The position numbers and the translations under genes are program-made. The notes below the pieces were generated by a model. It had not been told where the DNA came from. It ran no database searches and saw only the letters and a list, made by a program, of their open reading frames with translations. From assembly GCF_036321535.1 (NCBI RefSeq), contig NC_087436.1, positions 63,614,001-63,678,000 of the forward strand: a stretch of 64,000 nt of DNA, read 5' to 3'. How positions within the stretch are numbered: the first letter of the stretch is position 1; each line of letters opens with the position of its first letter. Source of the DNA: Camelus dromedarius. Lineage: Eukaryota. Below are positions 1-14,362 of this stretch, one piece after another.

Positions 1-99
1 CCCAAATATATAGAGCACCTACTATGGCATAAACATTCTGCTAGGCACTCTGAACAAGATTAACTGGAATTTTATACCTAGTGACTGTATATTTCCCAA

Positions 100-2380
100 T
101 TAACAGTGACAAATACATCTTGAAGACAAAAATAATGAGAAAATTACATGCCAGCTGACCCACACTAATAGAAATATTGAAGGAGTTCTTCTAGAAAATA
201 GAAAACTATCCCAAATGAAATAAAGAAGGAAGGGAAGGAGGAAGAGAGAGAGAGAGAAAAAAAAGAAGAGTAAATACGTGATTCAATCCAATATGCAAGT
301 AAATGGGTGGGTAAATCTATTTACTAATTAAATAATTACTTGTGGGGTTTAAAAGTATTTTAGAATTAAAGTACATAGCCATGCCATGTTAATAGAAAGA
401 GGCAGGAAGGAGAGTAATTAGAGTTAATTATGTTCCAAAGCAATACCCCTCCCATTTAATGAGCATAAGTTACACTTGACAGGCTCTATTTCAGTAGGTC
501 TAGGGTGGGGCCTGAGAATTCTGCCTTTCTAGGCAAGTATCTAGGAGATGGCAATACTGTTGGCCTGTGGATTGCACTTTGCAGAGCAAGAGTCTAACAT
601 TCTAACACAATCTGAAATATGTTAACAAACTACTGCACACAATAATTAAAATTAGTTAACAGTGCATAATGTAATTTCCACAGTACTCTCAAAGTAGTAA
701 TAGAAGGTATGAATAGCAAGGTAATAAAGAGGAAAAATATAGTAACATAAATCCTAAGTAATCCCAAAAAAGTCAAGGAAGGAGGGAGTATTAGAACAAG
801 GGGCTCCAATTGGTAGAAATACTAAGATTGTAGGTTTAAATCCAAATACCTGTAAATAGACTAAACACGCCAATTAAAAGACAAACATTTTCACACTGGA
901 TTTAAAAACAATAGTTTTAGTCTTCTTTTAAGAGACATACCTAATTATAACGATACAAAATGGCAAACAGTAAGCAAAGGAAAAAATATATAAATAACTA
1001 ACAGAAAGTTGACTTTGACACAAGAGTCACTACTAGAAACAGAAAGGAATAGTTTTTTAAATGATATAGGAACCAATCCACCAAGAAGATGTAAAAGTTC
1101 TAATTTTATAAGCACCCAGTATCATAACTTCAAAATACATAAATTAAGAATAAAAAGAAGAGATATTTAAAAGCACAACAAAAATAAGGGTTAGCATATC
1201 TTTCAATAACTGACAAGATACATGGACATAAAAGATTTGAAAAAGTTGAACCAAATTGACCTGACACATATGAAGTGCTTCACTCTAGAATTTCAGAATG
1301 CAAATTGTTTTCTAGGGTTCTTGGGACATTTACATTCACTGGCAATTTGTATGCTCAAATAGCTAGTGGAAGGGTATTTCAAAACCATGCATTGCATTCT
1401 GAAATTAAGCAACAAAACAATAAAAAGTGAATTTAATCCTCCAAATATTATGAAAATAAGCAGTACTATACTAATCCACGCTCAAAGAACTCACAGTGGA
1501 AATGTTTTTAAATTATTAGAATAATCAAAATTTGTGGGATTTAGCTGAATGAATCTATAATTAAGAAGACATCTGTACCTTTAAAAACACATGTTAGAAA
1601 AAATAAGACTAGAAAACAAGAAAGAAATATCTAATAGAAACAATGCCAAAAGTTAATTTTTTGAAACTATAGAATTTTAAAACCTTTAGTAAAGACCAAG
1701 AAAAAAGAAAAATACAATATTTTAAAGAGTGCCAGATAGTAAAATTAATGAGAGAATATTATGAATAAACTAAAAATTTGAATAAAATGATAAAAATTTG
1801 TAGAAAAATATACAAATTACAAAAAATAAGAAATTTTGAAAATATGAATAGCACTGTATTGAAGAAATTGAGTTAATTTAATCTCTTCCCGCAAGTTAAC
1901 TTCGTGCCCAGATGGTTCCACCAGTAAACTCTTATATTTAATGAAGTTTTATATAAAAGTATAAAATTGATATAAAGATTGTTTTATACAGCCAGCATAA
2001 GAGTGATCAAAAGCAAAGTGATATTACAAAAAAAGAAAATTACAGGCTTTTCTCATGAACATCCGTCTAAAATCAAATTAATTTTTAGCAAAACTTAATC
2101 CAGCAAATTTTTAAAGTATGAGAATCCACAATAAGAAAATTTTATTATTCAAGAGATGCGAGACTGTTTAACCAGGCAAGAATGTCCACTTTCATCTCCT
2201 CGAGGTCAAGAAAAAGAAACATGTCATAAAAATAAGGAAGGAAGAAGTAACACTGTCTTTATTCATAGAGGATATGATTGTTTACATTAAAAATTCCAAA
2301 TCATCCTAAAAATAAGTGAATTGCAGTAAGGTCTTAGGATTCAAGGTAATAAAGATTAAGAAAATTGCATTTGCTTATTC
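100..2380 (+). mobile_element. Old, highly diverged L1 (L1M-type) ORF1 end to ORF2 fragment
   Basis: L1-like motifs: aaatagactaaacacgccaattaaaagaca, aaccaatccaccaagaagatgtaa, tcaaaatttgtgggatttagc, ttcatagaggatatgattg. A-rich plus strand. Confidence 0.8.
440..595. mobile_element. MER5A-like hAT-Charlie MITE nested in the old L1
   Basis: tcagtaggtctagggtggggcctgagaattctgc...actttgcagagcaag matches the recalled MER5 core. Confidence 0.75.
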
Positions 2381-2399
2381 AAGTACGTTTAATTTAAAA

Positions 2400-3540
2400 A
2401 TAGGTTTTAAGTGGGGAATGGGAAAATGGTGATGATCAGGTGTTGTAAAAGTGTTAACTTGATGTTGAATAATTAAGGCAATGCTGAGAACATTTTGGTG
2501 ACTGTAAGTGTCTGGTAGATTCAAGTGTATTTTATATTTCATTATTTTTTCCCATAACTATTATGCACATCTACTTCCTTTACTCTTTCTCCTTTAGATT
2601 AATTTTGCTTCAGGATATGTTCAAGTTGACTGTATATTCTCACAAGGATTTTAAATATTTCATGTTGCCTCAAATGATAAGCTAAAAACCCCATAAAATT
2701 GTAAATGTTGGCATATAGAGATAAAACCTTAAGAAAATATGAGTATAATGGAATTTTCTAATATTAAACTCTCTCCTCACACCTAGCAACACAGTATATC
2801 AAATACTACATGTATTTGATTAATACTTGGAAAATTACAAATGTATTTTTAATGACTATCTTTCTAACATAATCCAGGCTGATTCTCAGAACTAGGAAAT
2901 TCAGTGCTTGTCTAGCCATTAGATGAATCTTTCATGCGATAACACTAATAAGGCCTATTGATAAGCAGTTCATAAAGAGTAATTTTATCAAATTTACAAA
3001 TATTTTCAAGGCACTCAAACCTCTCTGCCAGTGTTGTTAATATGTAAGTGCCCAACTGTCTGGGAGCTTCAGTTTTGTATCATTTATTTTCTTTTCTAGA
3101 AACTTCAAAGATATCTTCTCAAGTTCCCCATAAGACAGTTGATTATCCCCAATAACGTAGACACTTGTGCTGTGTACTGCAAAACATGCCATGCCACATT
3201 CTACATGCCTTAACTTCCCCCCATATTCTATTTTTCTAAAAAGTTCTCTTAAATAATTATGGCAGAAAGAAATGTATGGGAAAGAGCTTCCTCTTTGGTT
3301 CATAAAAATTATGCTCATTGTTTAAAGTTTTTAACAAATACCCCACTCCCCTCATTGATGGACAAGGGGATACAAGAAAAAAAGAATTATGTTTCCATAT
3401 TTTTTCAACACTTCAAATTAGCTTTGCTGAGCTTGCTGAAATTCCCCTTTGTCTTCAAATTATATTCAAAATCAGTGATCCAAAGTTGTGACTCTTTCAG
3501 TGCATCCACCAATGGCTACTATACCTCTGTGCTGTGTTGC
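2400..3540 (-). mobile_element. Ancient non-LTR retrotransposon ORF2/RT fossil (RTE/RTE-X, L4-like)
   Basis: ORF 3037-3318 and its flanks show RT motifs in order: LWITDFEY..NFSKL...EVLKKYG (DFxKAFD region), QRGSSFPYISFCHNYL (QG.LSP.LF), MACFAVH (L.FADD), ELEKISLKFLEKKINDTKLK (L..N..KTK). Many stops and frameshifts. Confidence 0.6.
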
Positions 3541-5459
3541 TAAAAATCACTGTCATTGATTTCTGACAGTGCACCCTCAATTTCAACCCTAATTTATTCC
3601 ACTCCCTTCTCTCTGTAGTGTTCAGATAGTCTTAGCTATGTCTCAAGAAGAGCAAAGTGGGTCCTGGTGTTTTGTCTTCAATAATATCCTTAATATCCTA
3701 TACCTCTTTATTTTTGGACCTCATCATCACCCTCCCACAAGAGGATAAGTACTAAAGTTCTGAATCTCCTTCATGAATGACTGGGATAAAATCAAGTTAT
3801 AATTAATACATGTGCTACAGTTCTAGGGCCATGCCTTGGCTAGTAAGGTGTGTGGTTTTATACATCATGCCAATTAATCCTATCTTATCCTACCTGGAAT
3901 CACAGGCATTATTCTTAGTATAATATCACCCGCAAAATTCTTAATTCTTAATTTACCAAAGGGTAGGGCACCTGGCCCCTGAGTGTCCTGAAATTGCACT
4001 GTCACTAATTTGTACCCTTGGAGTAGAGAGACTTATAATCCTGAGTACACAGCCATGGACATAATGACCCCCTGTCCCCCCTTCCTTTAGGACTGTCACA
4101 TTTACACACACTTAAGACTTTACAAAATATTATTTTGAATTTGAGAAAACTATTCTAATTTTTTTTCAAATATCTATAGCGTCTTCACATTTATTTGGGA
4201 TTGATGTGTTGGGATTCTCATAACATTATGATGTAGATATTATCATGGTTACTTTATAGATTAGGAAATAGGCACCAAAGTAATAAAGCTTGCAAGCAGC
4301 AAACCAAAAACAAGAGCCAGGTCTGATAGCCCAAAAGTTTTAACATACATATTGCTGTTGCATTACTTATTTTTCTTTTTCTTGTCAGCCTTGTAAGTAT
4401 AAACCCCAGTAGAAGTTACTGTTATGCAAATATGTTTATGTTACCACGTCTACTTCATTAATTCTGAACTCTTCAACCTGACATGCAATGCCCAATCTCA
4501 TCTGACATTATCTTAGTCTTTCAGCTTTGGAAAACGCTTAGGACAGGGATCTAAAATACTTTAAGTATGAATCTCCTATTTACTGGCTCTATGGCAAGTT
4601 ACATACAAGAAAATTCAATAATAGAACCATTAATATTAAACATATACATTGCAAATATTGCTATTATTTTTGAACTTACTATGCATTCCAAACATAACTT
4701 TTTTTTTACTTCAACTGAACCCATTCCAAAGCTTTCCTAATGTTACATTTCTATCACTCTCCATATTTGCTTTTCCCTTATCTCTACCTTAATCTAATTT
4801 TTTCCCTATATGTACTTACAAATCACCTAGGAATTTTTGTTAACCGATGGTGATTTTTTCCCAAGTTTCTACAACAATTGTTTATACAATATTTTATCTT
4901 ATCTACTGGTATTTCTAAGAGTTAATATCTAATTTTACAGGTACTCAAATTGTAGCTCTTCAATAAGAAATTTCCCTTGTATAAGGACTTTTCATTATAT
5001 CTTCTTAATGCCCATGACACTACAGGGCAGTCACAAAATACTTAATAGGCATTTAAAATAAGTAACTACTTTCATTGGATAAATTAATATTTGACAGAGA
5101 ATATTAAAGCAACATACTAACATCTTACTTATGTACTTGTTAAATTTAAGTTCCAAGGTCTTTATCTTCAGTTACCCTAGTTAATAAATTAGACATTTTT
5201 CTATCTGTAGTGTATAAACACTATTGAGGTATTTAATATGAGGTTAATCAAGAAGGCATTATGAATTCTAATTGTGACCTTGAAGCAGGGTCACAAAATA
5301 CAAGTATGTTACATTTCAGTTGTGCAGAATTTCTTATTAGTCTACAATCAACCTGGACTTTCATCAAAGCATGTACTTAGGGCTTAGGTGGGGAAACTTA
5401 TTTGAATGTCTAATTTGGTTTAAAGTTAAACCAGCGTGATAACTGTATAAGACCCTTCA

Positions 5460-5755
5460 AATAGGGCTCAGTCTTTTTTGTTTTTATTTTTGTATTTTGC
5501 TCAAACTTTCTTAAATAAAAGAATATTCAGTTTATCATTTAGTTCACCATTAGGTTGGTTTTCTCCTCAGAATATCCTCTAGGAGTAAGGGGGGACAGAT
5601 GTGTGATAGATGTGTGGCTGTGCATTACTGTGAGTTTAAATAAGGGAGACTTTATCCTGGACTTTGGCCATGTGCTTCCTGCATAAGCTGGTCTGCTGGA
5701 CAGTGTCACATGTCCTTTGGTCATTGATTTTCCTGCCATTTTCTGATGCTAAAAT
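5460..5755 (-). other. Candidate terminal exon (3' UTR or C-terminal coding) of the minus-strand gene
   Basis: Strong acceptor gttcttccttttcag at 5756-5757. Contains the 66-aa ORF 5539-5739. Minus-strand AATAAA at 5483-5488. Confidence 0.45.
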
Positions 5756-7176
5756 CTGAAAAGGAAGAACTTAGAGTCTTTTTTTTTTTTTTTTTGATCC
5801 AGGAAATGTTCCTGAGGTAATCCCTTTCATAACTGTAACCTTTTTCAGATACCTAAATCTGTAACCATATCTCCTACCCAGTCTAATGGCCTAGAGATCC
5901 ACCAAGTCTGCCCACATGACACCACAGCATACCCAGTAGCTCTTAGCCCAGTTATCAGTGTCACTGATAAACGCTAACTTAGTTTGGCTCAGTGGAACTC
6001 ACTCTGAAATCCTGACTTCTGGGGCTACATCCCATATTCACACAGTGAAGCTTGAAATTTGGTTTCTTTCCAGAGTTCCAAAGAAGAGCCAGAGGTGAGT
6101 GCCCGACCATCTTTGTCCCTTACTGTTCTCCTCATTTCACTTTATATATTTTGTTTCTCCCAATCCAGAGTCAGAAAGGTGGAAACTGAGCATTTGCCTG
6201 GTTGACCCAGTTTCCTATTTGTCTTTTCTTTCTCCTTCATGGCACTCCCCAAAGGGAGAAAGGATTGAACTTTTTTTTAATTGCCCTAAACCATCTCCTC
6301 TCTCCATACTTTAGCTAAAATCTAAGAGCGTCCTAGAATGTTCCCCTACACTACTGACCACTGTGCACCTAATTCTCCAAGCTAGGTGACAACTGAGGTG
6401 CTAAATAAATGGGGGTGCAAGAAATTTGAGAAACGTTTCCTTGAAACAATGTCTAGCTTGAAATGTTATTCTTAATTGCATGATCCTTGTCTTGAATGTC
6501 AGAAGCAGAATATTACAAATTATTAGTAATAGTATTTCTCTCCACCATTCTCTCTGTTCTAAGTTCTGATCTCCTCTTATTTCCTCCCCACCCATTCCCA
6601 CAGATGGATGCCTGGGTAGCCTAATAAAAAGTCTGATACCTTTTACAGGGAAAGACAAGAGAAGTATTATGGATTTTAATGCCACTGCCAATTCTATTAA
6701 TAATTTGCATTAGATGTTAGATCAATTTACGCTTAGGAAAATGACCACAATTGCAATGCATCCTGCTATCTTTTAGATTTAAGTTCCTTCATATATATAC
6801 AGAGCTCAAAACCTTATTCAAATATATACCTACAATATCAGCCATTAAAAGTACTTTCAACATGTTCTTCTTAAGACTGAAGTTTCTCAGAATACTATTC
6901 TTGTAGAACCAACTGTTTTCAAATCTTGGTATTTTCTACTATTCCTAATTTTCAGTTTCAAAATTCATTTGATCACTTATTTTTAATAGAATACCATTTT
7001 AAATTATTAATTCTTTTTGTTTCCAGCTGCTTTATGTATAATTTTCAACTAGGATATCTAATTGCTGTTAAACTCTTTTTGATGAAATTTTGTATTGCAA
7101 TAGAGTGTCCAAAACTTGGAGATAAAGTAAAAAGATGACTGCCCATTCTTTTAATGTCATACTAGACCACTGTTCA

Positions 7177-7410
7177 TGAAGGAAAGCCAGAATATGCCAC
7201 CCCAAAAGAAGCCATTTTTAAAGGTTACTTAAACATCTTCTGCATCAAGGACACTCTGACCTTCCTCTGTCCCCCGGAAAGCAGAAAACACATCTCGTGT
7301 ATAAAAAGTACCTTCCTGTACCAGGATGGTAGAAGGCATCCTCATCACCAGAAGTAGGCAATTTAAGGCTGAGAAGACTGTTTAAAAAACAAAAACAAAC
7401 CCTTGTTATT
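7177..7410 (+). mobile_element. MER34/MER39-like ERV1 LTR fragment
   Basis: Begins tgaaggaaagccagaatatgccacccaaaa, as recalled for the MER34 group. Confidence 0.6.
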
Positions 7411-7957
7411 TCAAGGTTTTGAACTTTTAAAAAATTGTCTAAATATTTTACCTTTTTAATTTAAATTCCAAATCATTCTGTGCTGTGTTTTAAGCCTCTA
7501 TTTATACAAAATATTATTATCGTAATTAAAGTGCTATGAATCTATACTAATGAGTTCTTCTAATACATTGGCAGACAAGGTCTTTATACACCATATTAAT
7601 ATGTATGGTTTCTGCTATTCAAAATGATAATACAATACAGGAGGTGTCACGTCTTCATTTAAAAGCTAGCTGAAAATTTTTTCAGCATATTCTTTTGATA
7701 GACTCTAATATTTTAGTTACAGACTCAAAGTTGATATTCCTTTTCAAGTTTTCACTCTAATAGTGTCCTTCTAATACCATCATTCTGCCACTGTGTAAGC
7801 AGTCGTGATCAGGTGACTAACACAGATTAATTAATGCTCAAGGGAATACGGAGTTCATGATTTCCTTCCACAGGGAATATTTTTCTCAACTTGGGTTTAA
7901 GGTCTGTTTTTTGTCCGAATGGTATCTTTATAAAAGAACTGAAATAATCTCCTAAGT

Positions 7958-8185
7958 AAGAGGTCAGCACACTATGGCCTCTGAGCCAAATCTGGCCCAT
8001 CACCTGTATTTTGTCAATAAAGCATTTTTGAGGAATAGAGCCACACCCATTCATTTATGTATTTTCAAAGACAGCTTTTATACTTTTATGTGGCAATGTT
8101 GAGTAATGGCAACAGAGACCCTGTGGCTTACAAAGCTGAAAATTTTGCTACTTAGCCCTCCAGAAGAAAAGTTTGCCAACCCACA
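7958..8185 (+). mobile_element. MER58A-like hAT-Charlie element
   Basis: ggtcagcacactatggcc...gccaaatctggccc...agccacacccattcattt...aaagtttgccaaccc. Confidence 0.85.
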
Positions 8186-8572
8186 TCCTAAATTAAAGAT
8201 ACATTTTAAGTATTTAAAAGTATATCAATTCAGAAATGAAATGAGTGGCTTTGAGATATAGTAATACTTATAAGGCATTTACCGTGTGGCACTCTATTCT
8301 GAATAATTTTGGTGTATTATCTCATTAAATCATCACAATAATCTTATGAGATACAGTAAGTGATTGTAATTCACAACAAAAATTCTGACTTCAGAGTATT
8401 TGCTCTTAACCAGCAGTCTTTACTGACTCCTGCACATGATAAATTTCTCATCATTATAGATATTCAGCTGTCTTAATGAAAACTTGCCAGAGATTGTCAG
8501 AAAAGAGACTTTTAAAGTCAGTATCCATAATAAAATCTCATGACTTCATCCTATCCAGATAAACAGAGCAAT

Positions 8573-8574
<2 letters not shown>

Positions 8575-8604
<30 letters not shown>
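8575..8604 (+). repeat. poly(A) tract
   Basis: About 30 consecutive A. Confidence 0.95.
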
Positions 8605-8606
<2 letters not shown>

Positions 8607-9235
8607 TCAACTTCTTTAATTTCAAGAAAATCCACTGTTTGATAGTTTTATGACATGATAAAATTTAGTTATTTCTAAAATTAGAAGAATCTAAACATCC
8701 AAAAAGTCAAGTATTTGAGCTTTCAACCTCATGACACACACACAAAAAAAAGATCCCAGTGAAGACGTGGAACATCAAGAGCACTTTCCACATTTCCTTT
8801 GGCCTCTGATTCATTAAAGCCTTAATGAATTAATTAAAGCCATTAATTTTCCAACTTAATAGCAAATTATTATCCCCATTAAAAATTAACGTATAAACAA
8901 AGTCATTAAACAATAAAATCCAATCCATTGACACCTGACAGTTAAAAACAGATAGCTATTTTAGTAATATGGTAGATAATTCATGGTTCAGACATGTTTA
9001 AGATGCATCTATGTCTAGGAAGAAAGTCACCTTGTTCTGTTTTCCCCATCAGACGATAACAAAATCTCATGAAACAACCACCCATTCCAGTCACCATCTG
9101 CCCCAGGTACTGCAGGAGAGAGATATTAGAACCCTGGGTCCCAAGAATATTCATCCGCTCCCAAAGGAGATCTAGAATGGCAAGATAGCAGTGTCCCTCT
9201 TTCTTGGTCTCCCAGCCTTCCCTTTCTGTCCTCAC

Positions 9236-9309
9236 CTTTCTGTTTCATCCCTTGATCTCACATGAAGATCTGACTCGCTTCCTCTGGTGCTGTGGAGGGA
9301 GAATTAGAC
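9236..9309 (-). CDS. Candidate penultimate exon (74 nt)
   Basis: Acceptor ccctgtgttttcag, donor AAG|gtgagg. Phase-2 reading SNSPSTAPEEASQIFM*, with the TGA at 9258-9260, 22 nt before the donor. Confidence 0.55.
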
Positions 9310-11294
9310 CTGAAAACACAGGGTCAGGTACCAGATTCTGATTCTGAAGGATTCAGTGTGTATCCATGAGTGGCTCACTTCTCTTCACTTTCTTTCCCCT
9401 TCCTCATTAAAAACACAGTATAATAATATCGACTTTATAAGATTTGGAGAAGATAAATGCAAAAGAATATATAAAAACTCCTAGAAAAAAGCTACCTGTC
9501 TGAAACTGAATGATCAATCTTTTTTTCTAAAGCTCAGTCACCGGTGCTTTCTAATAATGAATATAATTCATTATTCCTTTCTTTCTAGTCTATTTCTCTT
9601 TTTAGTCTATGGTTTAAAATTTCTATAAATATCATTTAGGACAAATCGTGATGAGAATTAATAGTGCTGAAAAAAATACTTCACTTGCAAAGTCATTTTA
9701 TATCTAAGAAAAATAATATTTAGATTCTAATGGAGGTAATTATGTTTATAATATTTAATTTTTTCTCAGTAGATTGTGGGTGAGACGAAACTCAGCTATA
9801 TGCATATTTGCATCAAGTTTATATGTGCATAAAATTATTTTCCATTGCATCTAACAGCACTGTATAATTTTCCCAAATAATTTTATAATAGCTACTGTAA
9901 GCCATGGAGCAGAACTGTGGAATGCTGGGGAAAAAAAAACAAGACAAGCTCAAGCCTGTGTCAAAAGCAATGATATGACTCATTTTAAGAGAATGTGTAC
10001 TTCAGCAGAGGCTAGAATTGAAATGTAGCAAAATCTACAAACAATGGTAATCCAAAATCCTGCACAGCACTGGCTTCCAGTCACAATTTGGTCTTATGAG
10101 ATATATCTATCTTCAAATAATACAGGAGGGGGCATAGTGTTACCATATGATTCTTCAAAATTTTCAAAAAAATTATCAAGTTCACTTCTTCTATCCATGA
10201 GCAAGATTCAGCTATTCTGAAATGATGCTATATGATTCACTAAAGGATTAAAGGGAATGGTAGGTATGCCTTATTTTTAATATCACCCTCCTTTCATTCA
10301 TCACAAAAATAATAAATCCTGAAATAATCCAAAGGACCTTTGATTTGAAACAACTCAAAACTAATATACAATGTAGCCCCTTTCTGAAATGTAGACTTTG
10401 CTGACAGGTGGTTACTGGTGTCCCACTATTTAGACAAGGGAGTCAAGGACTTACTGGTAGTACAAATTTTATACCTTTTCAGTGCTTTATGATTACTCTA
10501 TTTTCAAAAATAAAAATATATAAATATGAACTTCTATCATCAAAGTTGTGATTTCTGACAAAGTCACATGAAGAAAAATTAGTTCTTATGAAAGTAAGCT
10601 TATGCAACATAAATGTAATCTTTTTGAGAAACTTGTAGGAGGTGCTCCTTGAAATTAAGTGTTCATACTAAGCCTAAAACAGTATCTCTGCCTAGTTAAA
10701 TGGGTTTTGCATAGCAGCAAAAGACTGTTTTACATCATTGTTAATTCAATCATATGCAGTATTTATTAATGTTTATCATTAATACTGACATTCTGCACAC
10801 ATTAATTCAGCTGTCATAGCATTGTCAGAAATCTATCAATTCTTTCATTATGATGATTTACATTCACTTTTATGATACATCCATTAAAGCATTAGACTAG
10901 TCCATAAATTAAGCTATGAATTTTATAAGTCCCATGTTCAGAAGTACCTGTTCAGCATTCCTTTAAAAATTATTTTAAACATAGTTCTAGATTACATTTC
11001 TTAGTTCCCTTCTAAGTTATATGGATCCCCAACCATCACTTTTTAAAGGGTATTTTACCTGTAGTCTAAAAGAAAGTATTCAGAATGATACATAAATAGT
11101 GCTCTGAAAGCCAGAAAATTGAAAGATTATAAAATTTACAGTTTAAAGACTTGATGATATTTTATAATAGCAGAAGCTTCCGGGCTAATTAGAGGATCCT
11201 ATAAGTAATATCATTGTATCAGAATTTTTATAAATAAGATCTTCTAGTAAGGCATATCTAGTAACTAGTTCAATTTATTTAAAGAAATCCTTAC

Positions 11295-11420
11295 TCCTTT
11301 GGCTTCTGGTTACTTTGACTTGGAGCTACAGAAGCCTCCCACTGACAGCTCAGGCCGGGACTGCTTCTGTTTGAAAGAGGAAATGTATCAGCAGCCTCAG
11401 TCCCAACAATCTTGTAGGAC
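11295..11420 (-). CDS. Candidate exon (126 nt)
   Basis: Acceptor cattaaattgtag, donor GGA|gtaagg. Open only in phase 2: SYKIVGTEAADTFPLSNRSSPGLSCQWEASVAPSQSNQKPK(E). Confidence 0.55.
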
Positions 11421-14305
11421 CTACAATTTAATGACATTTCAAGTCCTGGTATTTCAGGGCAATGATTATCAACTTCTTTATAATTCCCATCTCTGGAGCT
11501 TGCTAACCTCCTCGACTTTTGTTCCAATAGTTCAGGTTATGATGTGCCCAGGAAGAGCAAGCTGTGCCTGACATCCATACACTCCCCACTCTGCTTCCTC
11601 AGTCATGTTACCTAATACTTCTCAAAGTGAGAGTTTCAAAACACATGATTCAGAATTGTCATGTTTATTTAGTAAAACACAGCTTTCTGTGTGGTGGCTA
11701 TGCAAGAATTGTCTGCTCTATCTTCACAAATTTTCCATAAATCTAAACCTTTTCTAAAATGTAAAGTATATATTTTTAACTTAGCTCCTTAGGTGCCAAA
11801 CTACATCTACTAAATCACGATCTCTAGAGGTGGCAGAAAGTAAATTTTAACAAACACCACAGCTGATTCTGATTCACACTAGAGCCTCCACACTGTCCAG
11901 GAATAAGCTTATGCCCTCTACACCCTCTTCAGTATTGCCCAATTGGCTGTCTGATACACCTGCAACAAGAATCTGGGACCATGGAGGTTATCACTCTTTG
12001 CCCATGACTCATGTCCAATGATGTATCTATTGTGGGTAATAGCTTCCTAGGCATAGAATTACATCTTTACCTGGAAGCAAATTAGGCATGCAGACCACCT
12101 AGTGATCTCCTGGAATTAGTAACTGGCATAAACAACAAGCTTCCATCACCTTCAAACTTAAGTGCTAGACTAGAAGAAACCCTCTTTTGCCTACATCACA
12201 AAATGCCTCCTACTGTCACACCCCTGAGTTAGAATGGGAGGCCAGAAACAGACTGAGAAATGCTGTGTTGAAAAAAAAAAAAAAGTCATCACAAAATTCT
12301 AAAAAAATAAATACAGAGGTGTAGTACAAGAGGAGTTTTAATATGTTTCTTATGGCTTTCTAGAATCAAGAGAGCTCATTATTACATATTTCCTTATTTA
12401 AAATATTTCCCATTAAGTATCCACCACATATGAGTAAGTTACTAGGTACTTAACTGTAATGACTGAAATTAAATTTAATATAATTACATTCAAATTGCTG
12501 AATCCATCCATCAGCATTTGTAAAGTAATCTAAAATTGGTCACATTTTCTTTGTATGAAGGATTCCTCCTAAGAAATCCTGAAAAATTATTTTGAGAAAC
12601 TAGTATCACTATGGAGTCTTTTTGTAAATGACCTTTACTACTCTTTTTACTCACAGGAGCTCATAAAATAAAATTAACATTATTTTAAGGCACAAATCAT
12701 GCCACCTAACCCACTTTACCCTCTTATCTTTCCCTTTCAGACCATTTTCCTTACTGTTCAATTTAGAAGCAACATTCAAGTCTCTTGGTCCCCAAATGAT
12801 TACAAGGAGTTATGTTTCCAACAAACTTCTTAAATTACTTGATTTCAATCTCATCTGTTTTCATAAGACTTAAATTAAATTAATGAAGAGAAAATGTCTA
12901 TCTGAGCCTAACTACAGAAAAAGCTGAAATATTAAAACATGCTGAAGACTGATTCACATCATCCAGCACAGGGGAACCTGGGTCACACATCCTGCCCCCT
13001 GTGCTGCTCTCGTTCAGTGGGACCACACCAGAAACAACTAGTCATTGTGGAGAACTGTTTAAAAATGAATGTGCTGAAGATTTTCTGATTCACATTCATT
13101 ATCCACTGACCTGTTCTCAACGGATTTCACAAAGAGAAGCAAAACTAATTACCTCAGGCCAGGCTGTCTGGAAAATAATGGCACAGTGATTTAGAGAAAA
13201 GCATTCATGCTGTAGAGGCCTTTTGGAATAGTGTGTATTTTTAAAATTAAATATCACAGTTTTTTGATCATAAAACTTCTGCATTTGAACTAATGCACCA
13301 TCATTTCCTTTTTTAAAAAAATCAGTACTAAACAAGACTTTTAGGGGCTAAATATCAATAACATTACTCTGGTTCAATATTAAGTCATCTTAACATACTT
13401 GAAAAGAGACTCACAAAATACGTGGAGGAGGAGCTTTAGAAATGAGGAAAGAAAATAATATGATAAACCACTGAGTATTCTAGAGTAAGTTATTTATTAA
13501 TGCTATTTATTATCTCTGTTTTAATTTACCACAAAAATAAATTTGTTGTTTCTTAATAAAACATGCATAATGGACACGGAGAATGGTTTCAAATGAAGCT
13601 TGTCTTGTTACAAGGGATTACTGATCTTATTGGTATGCAGGGAGATTCTGCAAATCTCTATAGATTAGTGTAGAATAGGTAGTGGTGACAATGTAGAAAT
13701 CTGTTGTCTTGTTGGAGGTTACCAGAGCTATCAGAGTTTGGTTATTAGAAATATAATGTGAAAAGTCAATGCATTCTGGAAACACACAGAGTTCACAAGA
13801 TCTCAGAGAAAAATTGCCAAAATAAAAGGGGAGGGGAACTGTAAGACAAGTACATTCTTAGACCACAAAAGGGAGGCAAATCGAGAACACAGTGGTAGTT
13901 TAGCCAAATACTGGATAGCTCACTCCCAGAAGCCCTAATCATGGGGTCTTCTCTCTCTCTCTCACTGCTAAAGAATAATCATATGAAAATTAGTAAAGAG
14001 GACTTAGAAAAGGCCCTTTCTGTAGTGTTCCAGTTGGCTCCACTTTAGATGAAGTCTGGAAGAATTTGGAAAAGAATTATACTGTACTCAAAAGCTTAGA
14101 TCCAAAGGAAAACAAATTGGGTCATTCACAGAATATTAATGTAAATCCTCACACTGAAAGAACTGAGTTAGGTCCATGCAAGTGATTTCTCCTCCTGAGC
14201 ACTGTAAAGTCACTTTAAGTACCAAATGGCATCATCGATGTCTACACTGCTTCACCAGCGCCACTAGTGCCTGAAGAGGGCCTTGGGCTGAGAGCAGAAG
14301 CTCAC

Positions 14306-14362
14306 CTGGCTTCCTTGGGATGGGGTGACAGGGAGGACTGCTGATCGCAGTCTTCTCCTTGT
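14306..14362 (-). CDS. Candidate exon (57 nt)
   Basis: Acceptor tttgcatatgtag, donor CAG|gtgagc, GC-rich. Phase-2 reading QGEDCDQQSSLSPHPKEA(R). Confidence 0.55.

Noticed and set aside
2375..3540. Apparent additional 3' exons of the minus-strand gene
   Set aside because: Better explained as degenerate non-LTR RT motifs, and the donors are weak (gtatcc, gtttga).
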